From Octopus sinensis (Eukaryota): a DNA stretch of 64,000 nt. The stretch covers positions 9,920,001-9,984,000 of the forward strand of contig NC_043013.1 of assembly GCF_006345805.1 (NCBI RefSeq). Reading direction: 5' to 3'. The position numbers and the translations under genes are program-made. The notes under the pieces were generated by a model that saw only the letters and a program-made list of their open reading frames with translations, did no database searches and was not told the DNA's origin. Of the stretch, positions 63,195 through 64,000 are shown in pieces (position 1 is the first letter of the stretch; each line of letters opens with the position of its first letter).

Positions 63195-64000
63195 TATATT
63201 AACCCCAACCTTGCTTATTTTTTCGTTCACTTCACTAACATCCTTACTTTTCTACACTATTGTACTCAGAGCCACTTATCGATTTTCAATCATTCTCATT
63301 CCTAAACTCGTTCGAGGATCAGGGAAAATGCTCAGCAGACTTTGTTTCTGCTCTTTATTTTATGAGTTCAAACCTTACCAAGATGGTTTCAGCTTTTCTT
63401 AGATCCATGGTTGTTAGAATAAGTATCAGCCAACAACTTGGGTCGATTACATGGTTTAAACTTCTCCCACCTCAAGTACACTTTACTCGTTTCAATCATT
63501 TGACTGCGGCCATGATGGTGCACCACCTTCAGTCGAACTAATCGTCTGCAGGACTTATTATTTGTAAACCTAGTACTTAGTCTATTGCCGAATCGTTAAG
63601 TTACGGGGACGTAAACGCACCAACATCGGCTGTCAAGCACAGACACTCAGAAGGATTTGGTTGGCACGTGGCTACAGGAGAAGACACTTGTGCAAACAAG
63701 ACTGCTTTTCGGTTTTTGCTTGTCAATAGATTGACTACAAGAAATTAACGGTTAAATATTCAACACATCTTTTCCCTCAAATTGTGAGTCTATGTTACAG
63801 TCAGAAAACTTTACTATTATCATTCAGTAATCTTACTTTTGTTACGTACTTTCACTGAACCACCGAGTGCAGCTCTTTGTACTTTAGGTGTGGTGCTGTC
63901 GTTTGTTTTAGTGCTATTATTTGCACTGTAATGAAAGTGCCTAGTAGTGCTATTATCTGAATGTGTACTAGTTGCGTACTGGGGTCGATCTAATCGACTG

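Overview
AT-rich, microsatellite-saturated eukaryotic non-coding DNA. The repeat families suggest a coleoid cephalopod, probably Octopus (inference, not verified by search). I found no confident protein-coding exon, rRNA, tRNA gene or CRISPR array; nearly all ORF-track entries are translations of microsatellites or SINEs. The window is built from three tRNA-derived SINE families (my labels B, C, D), an (AAT)n-flanked retroposon 3' end (A), L1/Tx1-like LINE fragments, Penelope-like remnants, five Tc1/mariner remnants, two Lep1-like non-autonomous Helitrons, several fold-back hairpins and old local duplications. Best leads: (1) minimal type-I hammerhead ribozyme cores in two Penelope-LTR-like families, one pair forming a 105-bp inverted repeat; (2) a SINE D subfamily that shares its 3' tail with the local Tx1-like LINE and is followed by RTATT at every junction inspected, forming 184-bp head-to-tail arrays that look like self-targeted insertion; (3) a twin-primed (5'-inverted) Penelope insertion; (4) an 89-bp near-perfect hairpin; (5) a tandem duplication that preserves empty sites for a mariner and a SINE and contains paired 50-nt AG..GT exon-like segments, on the same strand as a TATA/GC-box promoter-like island. 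Coordinates were counted by eye and are approximate unless stated otherwise.
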